DNA of 64,000 bases from Vicinamibacteria bacterium (lineage in GTDB: Bacteria; Acidobacteriota; Vicinamibacteria; Vicinamibacterales; JAENWD01). The notes under the pieces were generated by a model, which had not been told where the DNA came from, did not search any database, and saw only the letters and a program-made list of their open reading frames with translations. The stretch lies in NCBI GenBank assembly GCA_963697705.1, contig CAVOPA010000010.1, forward strand, positions 15,818 through 79,817, read 5' to 3'. This document shows positions 8,851-17,460 of this stretch, piece after piece; position 1 is the first letter of the stretch; every line of letters starts with the position of its first letter. The translations under genes were made by a program, and so were the position numbers.

Positions 8851-9705
8851 TCACTTCTGCCCCGCCATCCGCAAGACGACCAGCCGCGACACCTGGCTGC
8901 GTGAGGCGTCGGCGTCGGTGAGCGCGTTCATGGTGGCCGCGATCGCATCGCGTTCATCCTCCGAGCGCTTGTCGCGGTCGGCGATGAAGGCTGCGCGTAC
9001 CGCGTCCATGCCGGCCAGGTCGGACGTCACGACCCAGACCAGGTGCGTGAAGTTGCCGTCGGTCCTGATTTCCTCGACCGCCAGTCCCCAGGCCTCCACG
9101 ACGCCGTCGGCCACGAGTTTCTCGTACACCGGCTTCGTGTACTTATCCCACGCCAGACGGAACTCGCGCCCCTTGCCTGGCCGGACCTTGATCGCGTTGT
9201 AGCGAATGTAGGGCTGCGCGCCCGCCGCCGGCATTTTGGTGCCGTAGCCGTTCTCCAGGTCGCGAATCAGCCAGTCGCGCGTCCTGGTCGTCTCCAGGAG
9301 CTCGCGGGCCCGATCGGCATTGGTGGAGACGCGTGATCCTCTCGCGGCCGCCGCGCCCGCCGAGGACTGGCCGAGCATCTCCGCCATCGCCGCCTGCACC
9401 TTGCCGACGCCTGCAAGACTGCTCGTGACGTACCAGACCGAGTACGTCGGGACCTCGGGGCCGCGGAGCAGCGGCTGCTCGACACCCCATTCGCTGATGA
9501 CGCCCTCCGCCATCAGCCGGTCGCGGACCGGTCCGCCCAGCGTCTTGACGAGATCGAGGAACTCCTGCTCCTTCCCGGGCTTGACCGTGTAGTCGTAGTA
9601 GAACGTGAGCTGCGATGGCGACGGAGCGGCGGGGGCCGGCTGCGCGGACAGCGAGGCGGCGTGCAGCAGCACGGCAGCGGCAAGCGCGAGCGATCGTGTC
9701 GTCAA
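8851..9705 (-). CDS. Secreted protein of unknown function with two tandem ~110-aa domains
   Basis: The minus strand reads AAAGGAG-TTTCC-TTG at 9705, then signal peptide TTRSLALAAAVLLHAASLSAQ. There are two similar halves (..YDYTVKPGKEQEFLDLVK...WYVTSSLAG.. and ..YNAIKVRPGKGREFRLAWDK...VWVVTSDLAG..). The listed ORF start at 9762 is probably too long. Confidence 0.7.
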   Translation of the reverse strand: MTTRSLALAAAVLLHAASLSAQPAPAAPSPSQLTFYYDYTVKPGKEQEFLDLVKTLGGPVRDRLMAEGVISEWGVEQPLLRGPEVPTYSVWYVTSSLAGVGKVQAAMAEMLGQSSAGAAAARGSRVSTNADRARELLETTRTRDWLIRDLENGYGTKMPAAGAQPYIRYNAIKVRPGKGREFRLAWDKYTKPVYEKLVADGVVEAWGLAVEEIRTDGNFTHLVWVVTSDLAGMDAVRAAFIADRDKRSEDERDAIAATMNALTDADASRSQVSRLVVLRMAGQK

Positions 9706-9905
9706 GGAAACTCCTTTGGGGCCGTCGCGGCGCGAACGTGTGGCAAGCGCATGCCGGCACACGCGTCATGGCGGGCCCCTGCGGTGGCCGAAACACAAGG
9801 TAGAGCGTTCGCGGACTTTAGCTCAGCGGCATTTTGCCGTCAACGAGCGACCGTGCTCGTCGCCGTGCCGATGACGACGAGCAGCTAGTCTGATCTCGCT
9901 TTCGT

Positions 9906-10126
9906 GGCCCGCCTGAGGCGGGCACTACCGCGTTTCAGATTCACGGCCCGCCTGAAGGCGGGCACTACCGCGTCCAGATTCACGGCCCGCCTGAAGGCGG
10001 GCACTACAGGGATCACAGCTTGCCTCGCGACACCGCGTAGTGCCCGCCTTCAGGCGGGCCTGGTACCGTGTAGTGCCCGCCTTCAGGCGGGCCTGGTACC
10101 GTGTAGTGCCCGCCTTCAGGCGGGCC
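9906..10126. repeat. REP array B (family 1): three forward units, conserved spacer, three reverse units
   Basis: Forward units at 9906-9928, 9945-9968 and 9984-10007. Spacer agggatcacagcttgcctcgcg. Reverse units at 10037-10060, 10070-10093 and 10103-10126. The array ends 31 nt before the kinase ATG. Confidence 0.9.
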
Positions 10127-10156
10127 ATCGGCCCCGTCCTCTGCTACGCTCAGGCG

Positions 10157-13100
10157 ATGTCAGAGGACGAGATCGAGACGAGCCTGCTCGAAGGCATTAC
10201 GCGGCCCGTGCGGCTGGGGCAGGGCGCCGTGCTGAACGGCCGCTACCGGCTCGATGCCGAGCTCGGCCGCGGCGGCATGGGCGTCGTCTACCGCGGCACC
10301 GACCTCCAGCTGGATCGACAAGTGGCCGTCAAGATGCTGCCCGAGGCGGCGGCGTCGGAGGATGGACGCGTTCGCCTGCTGCAGGAAGCGCGCGCGGCTG
10401 CGGCGCTCAACCATCCGCACATCGTGGCCGTGCACGATGTCGGCGAGGACGGCGGGATCCCGTTCCTCGTGATGGAGCTCGTGCCCGGCACGCCTCTGCG
10501 CCGTGAACGGATCGAGGACGCGCGCGAGATCGTCATGCTCGGCGCGCAGGTGTGCGACGCGCTGGCCCACGCACATGCCCACGGGATCGTCCACCGCGAC
10601 ATCAAGCCGGAGAACATCCTCACCGTGGGCAGTAGGCCCGCGCGGCAGGTGAAGGTGGCCGATCTCGGCATCGCGCTTCCATTGCGTGCCGCGGGCTCCG
10701 GGTCGGGCCCGATCGTCGGCACGGCCGCCTACATGGCGCCCGAACAGGCGCTCGGCGAGCCGGTGGACGGCCGCGCCGACCTGTACTCGCTCGGTGCCGT
10801 GCTCTACGTCCTTTTCACGGGGCGGCCGCCGTTCCAGGGCGATCACGCGCTCGGCGTCATCTCGCAGCACGTCAACGCTCCCGTCGTACCGCCGCGCACC
10901 TTCCGCGCCGACCTCGCGCCCGCGCTCGAGGCCGTGATCCTGAAGCTGCTGGCGAAGAGCCCGCGACAGCGCTACGCGAGTGCCGTCGAGACGAAAGCCG
11001 CACTCGAACGGGCGCTGCTCGAACCGGACGCCGTGACAGAAGGCGCCAGCCCGTCACTCGCGATGCTGGATGCGCTGTCGCGCGGCCGCATGGTGGGCCG
11101 GGGTGAAGAGCTGACGCATGCGCGCGAGCTCTGGCAGCGCGCGCGGCAGGGGCGGGGTCACGGCGTGCTCCTGAGCGGCGAGCCCGGTATCGGCAAGACG
11201 CGGCTCGCGCGCGAGCTCATGATCCAGGCGGGCCTCGATGGCGCCCTCGTCCTCTGGGGCGCGTGCTACGAGTTCGAGGCCTCGACGCCGCACCTGCCGT
11301 TTGCCGAAGCGCTGCGGCGGTGGGTGCGCGCGGAGACCGATACCGAAGCGCTCCGCGCCGCGGCCGGCGACCGCGTCCGGCAGATCGCCAAGCTCACGCC
11401 GGAGCTTCTCGACCGCGTCGGTCCGGCGCCGGCGCACGTCGATCTGCCCGCACACGAGGAGCGGCTCCTGTTTCTCGACGCCGTGGCCGCGCTCTTCCGT
11501 GCGCTTGCCGGGCGTCGCGGCCTGCTGTTCTACATCGACGACCTGCACTGGGCCGACAGCGCCACATTGTGGCTGCTCAGCCACCTGCTCCGGCGTCTCG
11601 CCGATGCCCCCGTGCTGCTGATGGCCACCTACCGCGAGAGCGAGCTCGATCGCGCGCATCCGCTGTCGAAGGCGCTCGTCGAGTGGAACCGCGAGCGCCT
11701 CACGACCCGCATCGTGCTGAAGCGGCTCGGCCCGCAGGACACGAACGCGCAGCTCTCGGCGCTGCTCGGCGAGGAGGTCGGCGCCGACCTCGGCGCCGCG
11801 CTCCACCGCGAGACGGACGGAAACCCGTTCTTCGTCGAGGAGATCCTCAAGGCGCTCATCGAGCAGGGCGCCGTGCGCCGCGAGGACGGCCGCTGGATCC
11901 ACTCCGCGATCGGCGAGCTGCAGCTGCCGCAGAGCGTGAAGGCGGCGATCGGCCGCCGTCTCGATCGCGTCGGCCAGGAGACCAATGACGTGCTGCGCAC
12001 GGCGGCCGTCCTCGGCAAGGTGTTCGCGTTCAGCGAGCTGACCGAGGCGGCGAGCGATCGCGACGAAGACGCGCTGCTGAATGCGCTCGACGAGGCGGTG
12101 GCGGCCCAGCTCCTCGTGGCGGGACGGAGCGACACCTTCGCGTTCACGCACGACAAAATCCGCGAGGTGCTGTACGAGGAGCTGAACCCGGTGCGCCGGC
12201 GGCGGCTGCACCTCCGCACCGCCGAGGGGCTCGAGCGCTGCCGGGACCTGTGTGGCATCTCGGTCGAGCGGCTGGCGCACCACTACATCGAGGCCGGCGT
12301 GCACGACAAGGGGCTGACCTTCGCGCGGCAGGCGGCGGCCGAGGCCCAGCGGATGTTCGCGTACGACGAGGCGCTGGCGGCGTATGGCCGTGCGCTCGAG
12401 TGCGCGGAGGCGCTCGGGCTCCCCGACCAGCAACTGGCGCTCGAAGAGGAGATGGGCCGCATCTGCCAGCTCGCCGGCAACGGCCTCGCCGCGCTCGAGC
12501 ACTTCGAACGCGCCCTGGCCCAGGCGGCAGACCCCGTCGTGCGTGCGCGGCTGCAGTGCGAGGCCGCGACGTCGCTCGTTACCGTGGGCGATGAGCGCGG
12601 GCTGGCGTACCTGCAGGACGCGCGCGCCGTTCTCGACGCTGAGCAGCATCCGGTCGCAACCGCCAATGCGATGCTGGTGGAGGGCCGCTTCCGTCACCTG
12701 CGGGGCGGGCACCGCGCCGCGATCGAGCTGTGCGAGGGCGCCGTGGCTCTGCTCGCCCGGCACCCCGAGTCGGGGCCCGGCACCGACGCCGCCAACGCGC
12801 TCGTCGCGGCATACGGCTACATCGCCGGCGCGTACCAGCATCTCGGCCTGTTCGACGATGGAGACGTGTGGGCCCGGCGGGCGGTGGAGTATGGCGTCAC
12901 GCACCGGCTTCCTGGCGCAGAGGCACTCGGCTACGAGTTCCTCGCCGAGAACGCCAACCTCAGCGGACGCTGGCACGACTCCCTGGCGCACGCCGCGACC
13001 GAGCGCGCGATCGCGGAGCGTATCCACTCGCGCGAGCGGCTGGCCTGGACCTATATGCCAACCGCGATGTCAGAGCTGGGGCTTGGGCATCCGGACCTCG

Positions 13101-13573
13101 CTGCTGCCGCGATTGAGACCGGCGTCGCGATCGCATGGGCGATTGGCGAACGCCGCCTGGCGCCGTTCCTCCAGGTTTACGCGTCGGTCGCGGCCGCGGA
13201 CCTCGGGTGGCTCGACGAGGCGCTACGGCTGGCGCAGGAATCGCTCGTGGTGGCAGATGCCGCGGGGCTGCTGTTCATTCGAACCGAGGCCCGCCGTGCA
13301 CTCGCCTACGTGCACCACGCGCGCGGCGAGTGGGAGGCCGCCATTCGCATGTGCGATGAGGTGCTGCAGATCCTGGACGGCCGCGAGCCGGCAGTGACAA
13401 GGCTGCTGATGGGGCGGACGCACGTGCGGGCGCTCGTCGCCGCGGGCCGGCACGACGAAGCCGCCGCCGCGCTCGCCGCGTTCGAACAGCTGGCGGCGCA
13501 GTGCCAGTCGCCCCAGGCGGTGCGCGAGGCGGAGGAGTTGCGCCGGGAATTGGGAGCCGCGGGCTCTGCCTAG
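10157..13573 (+). CDS. PknK-like Ser/Thr protein kinase fused to AAA/STAND-type ATPase and TPR-rich C-terminus
   Basis: ATG at 10157 (MSEDEIE...); the 117 nt upstream in the listed ORF are REP units. Kinase motifs GRGGMGVVY, VAVK, HRDIKPEN and ADLGIA. Walker A GEPGIGKTRL and Walker B-like LFYIDDLHWAD. Long helical-repeat tail. Confidence 0.9.
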   Translation: MSEDEIETSLLEGITRPVRLGQGAVLNGRYRLDAELGRGGMGVVYRGTDLQLDRQVAVKMLPEAAASEDGRVRLLQEARAAAALNHPHIVAVHDVGEDGGIPFLVMELVPGTPLRRERIEDAREIVMLGAQVCDALAHAHAHGIVHRDIKPENILTVGSRPARQVKVADLGIALPLRAAGSGSGPIVGTAAYMAPEQALGEPVDGRADLYSLGAVLYVLFTGRPPFQGDHALGVISQHVNAPVVPPRTFRADLAPALEAVILKLLAKSPRQRYASAVETKAALERALLEPDAVTEGASPSLAMLDALSRGRMVGRGEELTHARELWQRARQGRGHGVLLSGEPGIGKTRLARELMIQAGLDGALVLWGACYEFEASTPHLPFAEALRRWVRAETDTEALRAAAGDRVRQIAKLTPELLDRVGPAPAHVDLPAHEERLLFLDAVAALFRALAGRRGLLFYIDDLHWADSATLWLLSHLLRRLADAPVLLMATYRESELDRAHPLSKALVEWNRERLTTRIVLKRLGPQDTNAQLSALLGEEVGADLGAALHRETDGNPFFVEEILKALIEQGAVRREDGRWIHSAIGELQLPQSVKAAIGRRLDRVGQETNDVLRTAAVLGKVFAFSELTEAASDRDEDALLNALDEAVAAQLLVAGRSDTFAFTHDKIREVLYEELNPVRRRRLHLRTAEGLERCRDLCGISVERLAHHYIEAGVHDKGLTFARQAAAEAQRMFAYDEALAAYGRALECAEALGLPDQQLALEEEMGRICQLAGNGLAALEHFERALAQAADPVVRARLQCEAATSLVTVGDERGLAYLQDARAVLDAEQHPVATANAMLVEGRFRHLRGGHRAAIELCEGAVALLARHPESGPGTDAANALVAAYGYIAGAYQHLGLFDDGDVWARRAVEYGVTHRLPGAEALGYEFLAENANLSGRWHDSLAHAATERAIAERIHSRERLAWTYMPTAMSELGLGHPDLAAAAIETGVAIAWAIGERRLAPFLQVYASVAAADLGWLDEALRLAQESLVVADAAGLLFIRTEARRALAYVHHARGEWEAAIRMCDEVLQILDGREPAVTRLLMGRTHVRALVAAGRHDEAAAALAAFEQLAAQCQSPQAVREAEELRRELGAAGSA

Positions 13574-13760
13574 GCCCGGCTGAAGCGAGCAGTACCTGAG
13601 GCCCGCCTGAAGGCGGGCACTACTGGGATCGCGCCTTCGCGCCTCCGCGTAGTGCCGGCCTTCAGGCGGGCCGTGATCCCGCGCGATCCCGCGTAGCGCC
13701 CGCCTTCAGGCGGGCCGTGATCCCGCGCGATCCCGCGTAGTGTCCGCCTTCAGGCCGGCC
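13573..13760. repeat. REP array C (family 1), starting at the stop codon of the kinase gene
   Basis: Degenerate forward unit at 13573-13595 and forward unit at 13600-13623. Reverse units at 13649-13672, 13693-13716 and 13737-13760, separated by the repeated spacer gtgatcccgcgcgatcccgc. Confidence 0.85.
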
Positions 13761-13793
13761 CGTCCATCCCGCGTGATCCCGCGTGCCTAGCCG

Positions 13794-14048
13794 TCAGGCG
13801 TTCTCCGCGAGCACGAAACGTCCGTCGCGCGTCGTCGCGAGGAACCCTACGCGCTCGAGCACGGCAAGTGCGGCGGCGCACGTCATCGTGTCGAGACCGA
13901 GGAGGCGCCGGGCCTGCTGCAGCGTGAGGCGGAGCCCGGGCATCTCCCGATACTGTCCGCGGATCCGCGTGAGCAGCTGCGGCGTGAGCCCCGGCGCGGT
14001 GACTGTGCGTGTGGTCGGGGAAGCGACTGAGGACTGACGATAAGACAT
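13794..14048 (-). CDS. Small (84 aa) putative winged-helix DNA-binding protein
   Basis: The minus strand reads TCAGGAGATGCT-ATG at 14048. LTLQQARRLLGLDTMTCAAALAVLERVGFLATTRDGRFV looks like an HTH plus wing. The longer listed ORF (to 14192) has no support. Confidence 0.55.
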   Translation of the reverse strand: MSYRQSSVASPTTRTVTAPGLTPQLLTRIRGQYREMPGLRLTLQQARRLLGLDTMTCAAALAVLERVGFLATTRDGRFVLAENA

Positions 14049-14331
14049 AGCATCTCCTGATGCGTGGATATGTGGCTGAAGTGCTGGGGTGCGCGCCGGG
14101 GAGCGATCAGCGGACCGGATCGAAGTTACACGTGCGTGCACGCCGACGCAAGAAGGATCATCGAGCGCGCCAGACTCTTCTGTACGCGTCAAACTGGTGC
14201 ATTCTTATCGCTGGCGCGGCCGATTCTCCGGTGCGCGTGCGCGCTCACACCTGCAGGGGAACGTGGCCGGCTGCGCTCGACACCCACGGCACTCGGAACA
14301 GGCGGCGTGTTTCTCCGCACAGCGGATCACG

Positions 14332-14390
14332 GGCCCGCCTGAAGGCGGGCACTACGCGGGATCACGGGCCCGTCTGAAGGCGGGCACTAC
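14332..14390. repeat. REP array D (family 1), two forward units
   Basis: ggcccgcctgaaggcgggcactac at 14332-14355 and ggcccgtctgaaggcgggcactac at 14367-14390, separated by gcgggatcac (the reverse complement of the array C spacer). A degenerate third unit overlaps the stop codon at 14425. Confidence 0.85.
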
Positions 14391-14424
14391 GCGGATCACG
14401 CGGAATGGGCCCGGATCGCGGGCA

Positions 14425-17056
14425 CTACTCCAGGCCGGTCACCTGGTAGAGCGCATACAGGGCGCGGATGTAGACGTACGCGTACGACTTCCCGTCGGGC
14501 GTCACGCGTATGTCGGCGACGCTGTCGAGCCCCACCGTGTCGCGCGGACCGATCGCGCGCAGCAGCGTCCGCTGGCCAGACGTCGTGTCGAGCGCGTAGA
14601 TCCGAGCCGGCAGCCTGCCCTGACGCACGAACAGCACGCGGCCGTCATTCCGCCAGCGGAGCGGCCTGTCCTCCGGCTCGGCACCTTTCACCGGCTGCGG
14701 CTCGCCTCCGTCCACCGGAAACTGCAGCAGCTGCTCCTGCAGGCGTGCCGTGATCCATTTGCCATCCGGCGTGAGCGTGTTCGCGCGCACCGCGACGCCC
14801 TCCGGTGTGATCGGCCGCGGCACGCCGCCGGCCAGGTCCTGCACGTAGACCCGCGGGCCCTTGCCTTCCTCGAAGCCCGCAGCCAGCAGGCGCTTGCCGT
14901 CAGGGAACCAGCCTGCCCAGGAGAACGCCTTGATCGCATGCGGTGGCAACACGCGCGGCTCGCCGGCGCCGGTCGGCAGCACCAGCAGCTTGTTCTGCAC
15001 CAGATCGATGGCGACCGCCCACCGCCCATCAGGGGAGAGCGATTGCGCCATGCCCTTGCCGAGACGCACCGCCGGCGAACGGTCCATGCCGCGCAGGTAC
15101 ACGGCGTAGCCTGGGCCGCCTGCCACCCCCTGCTCGCCGAACAGGACCTGCCGGCCGTCGGCCGCAATGTCGGCGACCCACGAGAAGTCCATCCACGTGA
15201 GCTCGCTTTCCTCTGCGGCCTCCGGCGCGAGCGCCATGATCGACGGCCGGCGGCTGCCGTGTGCCAGCAGCACGCGCCCGTCCGGCGCGATGTCTTCGAG
15301 TTCGATGCTCCCCGGCGCGCTCGTCACCGTGCGCACGCGCCCAGCCAGCGTGGCCGCGAACAGCGCGTGATCGGTGCCGGCCGTCTTGCCGCCTCCACCA
15401 GACGCGCTGAACCACACCTCGTCGCCTCCCGGCGTCCAGTGCGCGCCGAAGAGATCCTCCCAGCCGGTCGAGATTGTCGTCTTGTTGCCGGCGAGGTCGA
15501 CGACGGCGACGTCACCGCGGCTGTCGATCTCGACGGGGTGCTCGAAGAAGGCGACGCGGTCGCCCTTCGGGCGACACGTTGACGTCGCTGAGCCAGCCGT
15601 GCGCCCGGTAGAGCACCCGGCCGATCGGAAACTCGAGGGTGTCGCGTCCGCCCTCGGTCCGCACGACGGCCAGCGACTCGCCGTCGGGCGCCCAGTCGGC
15701 CGATCGCACGTTCTCCAGCACCTCGCGCGGCGCGCCGCCGCCGATCGGCAGACGCGCCAGCACCGGGTCCTTCCCCGGTCGTTCCAGCAGGACGGCCATC
15801 TCGCCGTGACGCGACACCGCCTGGAGATCGGCCTTGAGATTGAGCGGGCGCGACTCGGGGCTGCCCGGCTGCGTCGAGTAGATCTCGAGGGGTCCGCCTT
15901 CGAAGTTGGCGGCGTAGACGATGGTGCGTCCGTCGGGCGCGAACCGCGCGAAGGTCACCGAGCCACGCCTGAACGTGAGCGGCTCGAAGGTCGCCGTCGT
16001 CGTCCTGGTCGTCGAGCGCCCGGCGACGAACAGCGCTGCGCCGGCGGCGATTGCGAGCGCGGCGAGAGCCGCGTGTCGCAGCCATCGCCGACGCTGGGGC
16101 GTCGGCGTGTCGATCACCGCCTGGCTCGAAAGGCTGGACAGCGATTCGATGTCGAACGCGACGTCGCGGGCCGACTGAAAGCGTTCCTCCGGGTTCTTCT
16201 CGAGGCAATGCAGCACGATCCGGTCGAGCGCGGGCGGCAGCGGGTGGTCCTGGTCGCCGGCCGGCGCCGGGTCTTCCTTCAGGATCGCGTTCATCGTCTC
16301 GACCGCCGAATCGGCGTGGAACGCGCGGCGGCCGGTGAGCATCTCGTAGAGCACGACGCCAAACGAGAAGATGTCGGAGCGGTGATCGACGGCCTGGCCG
16401 CGCACCTGCTCGGGAGACATGTAGCCCACCGTGCCGAGCACCGTGCCCGCGCTCGTCAGCGGACGCGCATGGGCGAGCAGGGCCGTCTCGGCCTCAATCG
16501 CGGCGCCGGCCTCGGTCAGCTTGGCGAGGCCGAAGTCGAGGATCTTGACGCGGCCGTCGCGCGTCACGAAGACGTTGTCCGGTTTCAGGTCGCGGTGGAC
16601 GATCCCCTTCTCGTGCGCGGCGGCCAGGCCCCTGGCGATCTGGCTGGCGTAGTCGATGGCCTTCCGATGCGGCAGCGGCGACGTGCCGATGCGCGCGCGC
16701 AGCGTATCGCCCTCGAGCAGCTCGGAGACGACGTAGGGCGCGCCGTCGTGGGTGCCGATGTCGTACACGCCGAGGATGTTGGGGTGATTGAGCGCGCCGA
16801 TCGCGCGCGCCTCCTGCTCGAAGCGGCCGAGGCGATCCGCGTCCGCGGCAAACGAGGCGGGCAACACCTTGATCGCCACCTCCCGGCCCAGGCGCGCGTC
16901 ACGGGCGCGGTAGACCTCGCCCATGCCGCCCGCCCCGATCGCGGCCACGATCTCGTAGGGCCCCATGCGAGTGCCGGCCGTCATCGGCATCGCTGCATCT
17001 CGCACGGATCTGTCCTGACAGTCGTATGCATTGTGTGCCGGGGAGTATGACACCAC
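14425..17056 (-). CDS. Ser/Thr protein kinase with C-terminal TolB-like beta-propeller; apparent 1-nt frameshift near 15568
   Basis: Kinase part (ORF 15512..17056): GAGGMGEVY, VAIKVL, HRDLKPDN, DFGLAK. ...GWLSDVNVSP continues as KGDRVAFFEHPVEIDSRGDVAVVDLAGNKTTISTGWEDLFGAHWTPGGDEVWFSAS in the frame of ORF 14425..15417. Propeller blades recur as (S/A/T)PDG motifs. Confidence 0.85.
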
Positions 17057-17214
17057 TCATCCGTACACCGCACTCCGCCGCGCAGCCGTGTGAATCGCGC
17101 CGGCGCTCGTAGAGCGCGACTCTCTTCGTCTCGCCGGAAGGTGCGGGCGCGCCCGAGATCCAGACAGGCCCGCAACCCGTGTCTGGCGCCGGAGCCTGGA
17201 GCCTGGTGTGGACC

Positions 17215-17440
17215 TCAGATGAGGCGCAGCTCGGGAATGTCGTGGAAGTCGCGAGGGTTGAGCGTCCACATCGCGCCGCCGCTCGCGAGCGCGCAGGCGG
17301 CGACCGCGAGTCGTTCTCGCGCCCCCTGGCGCGTGCAGTGGCTTGGAGAGGCGCGAGGCGAGCGCGACCTCCGCGGGACCGAACGGTACAGCGGCGTCGC
17401 CCGGGAACAGCTCCTCTTGTACGGCCATTTCCTCTGCCGC
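17215..17440 (-). pseudogene. C-terminal remnant of a PIN-domain (VapC-like) toxin gene, frameshifted
   Basis: The minus strand reads EELFPGDAAVPFGPAEVALASRLSKPLHA.. and, after a shift in ccaggggggcg, ..RLAVAACALASGGAMWTLNPRDFHDIPELRLI-stop. That ending is characteristic of VapC. The N-terminal half is absent (the HEAT gene stop is at 17461) and there is no antitoxin ORF. Confidence 0.45.
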
Positions 17441-17460
17441 GCGAGGACCTCGGAGCCCGC

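Noticed and set aside
9906-10126. Possible CRISPR array: regularly spaced 24-nt palindromic repeats. A similar pattern occurs at 13573-13760.
   Set aside because: The 'spacers' are short (9-20 nt) and near-identical to each other, so these are tandem duplications of whole units. Repeat orientation flips in mid-array. No cas genes or leader are present. The units carry the GTAG head typical of REP elements.
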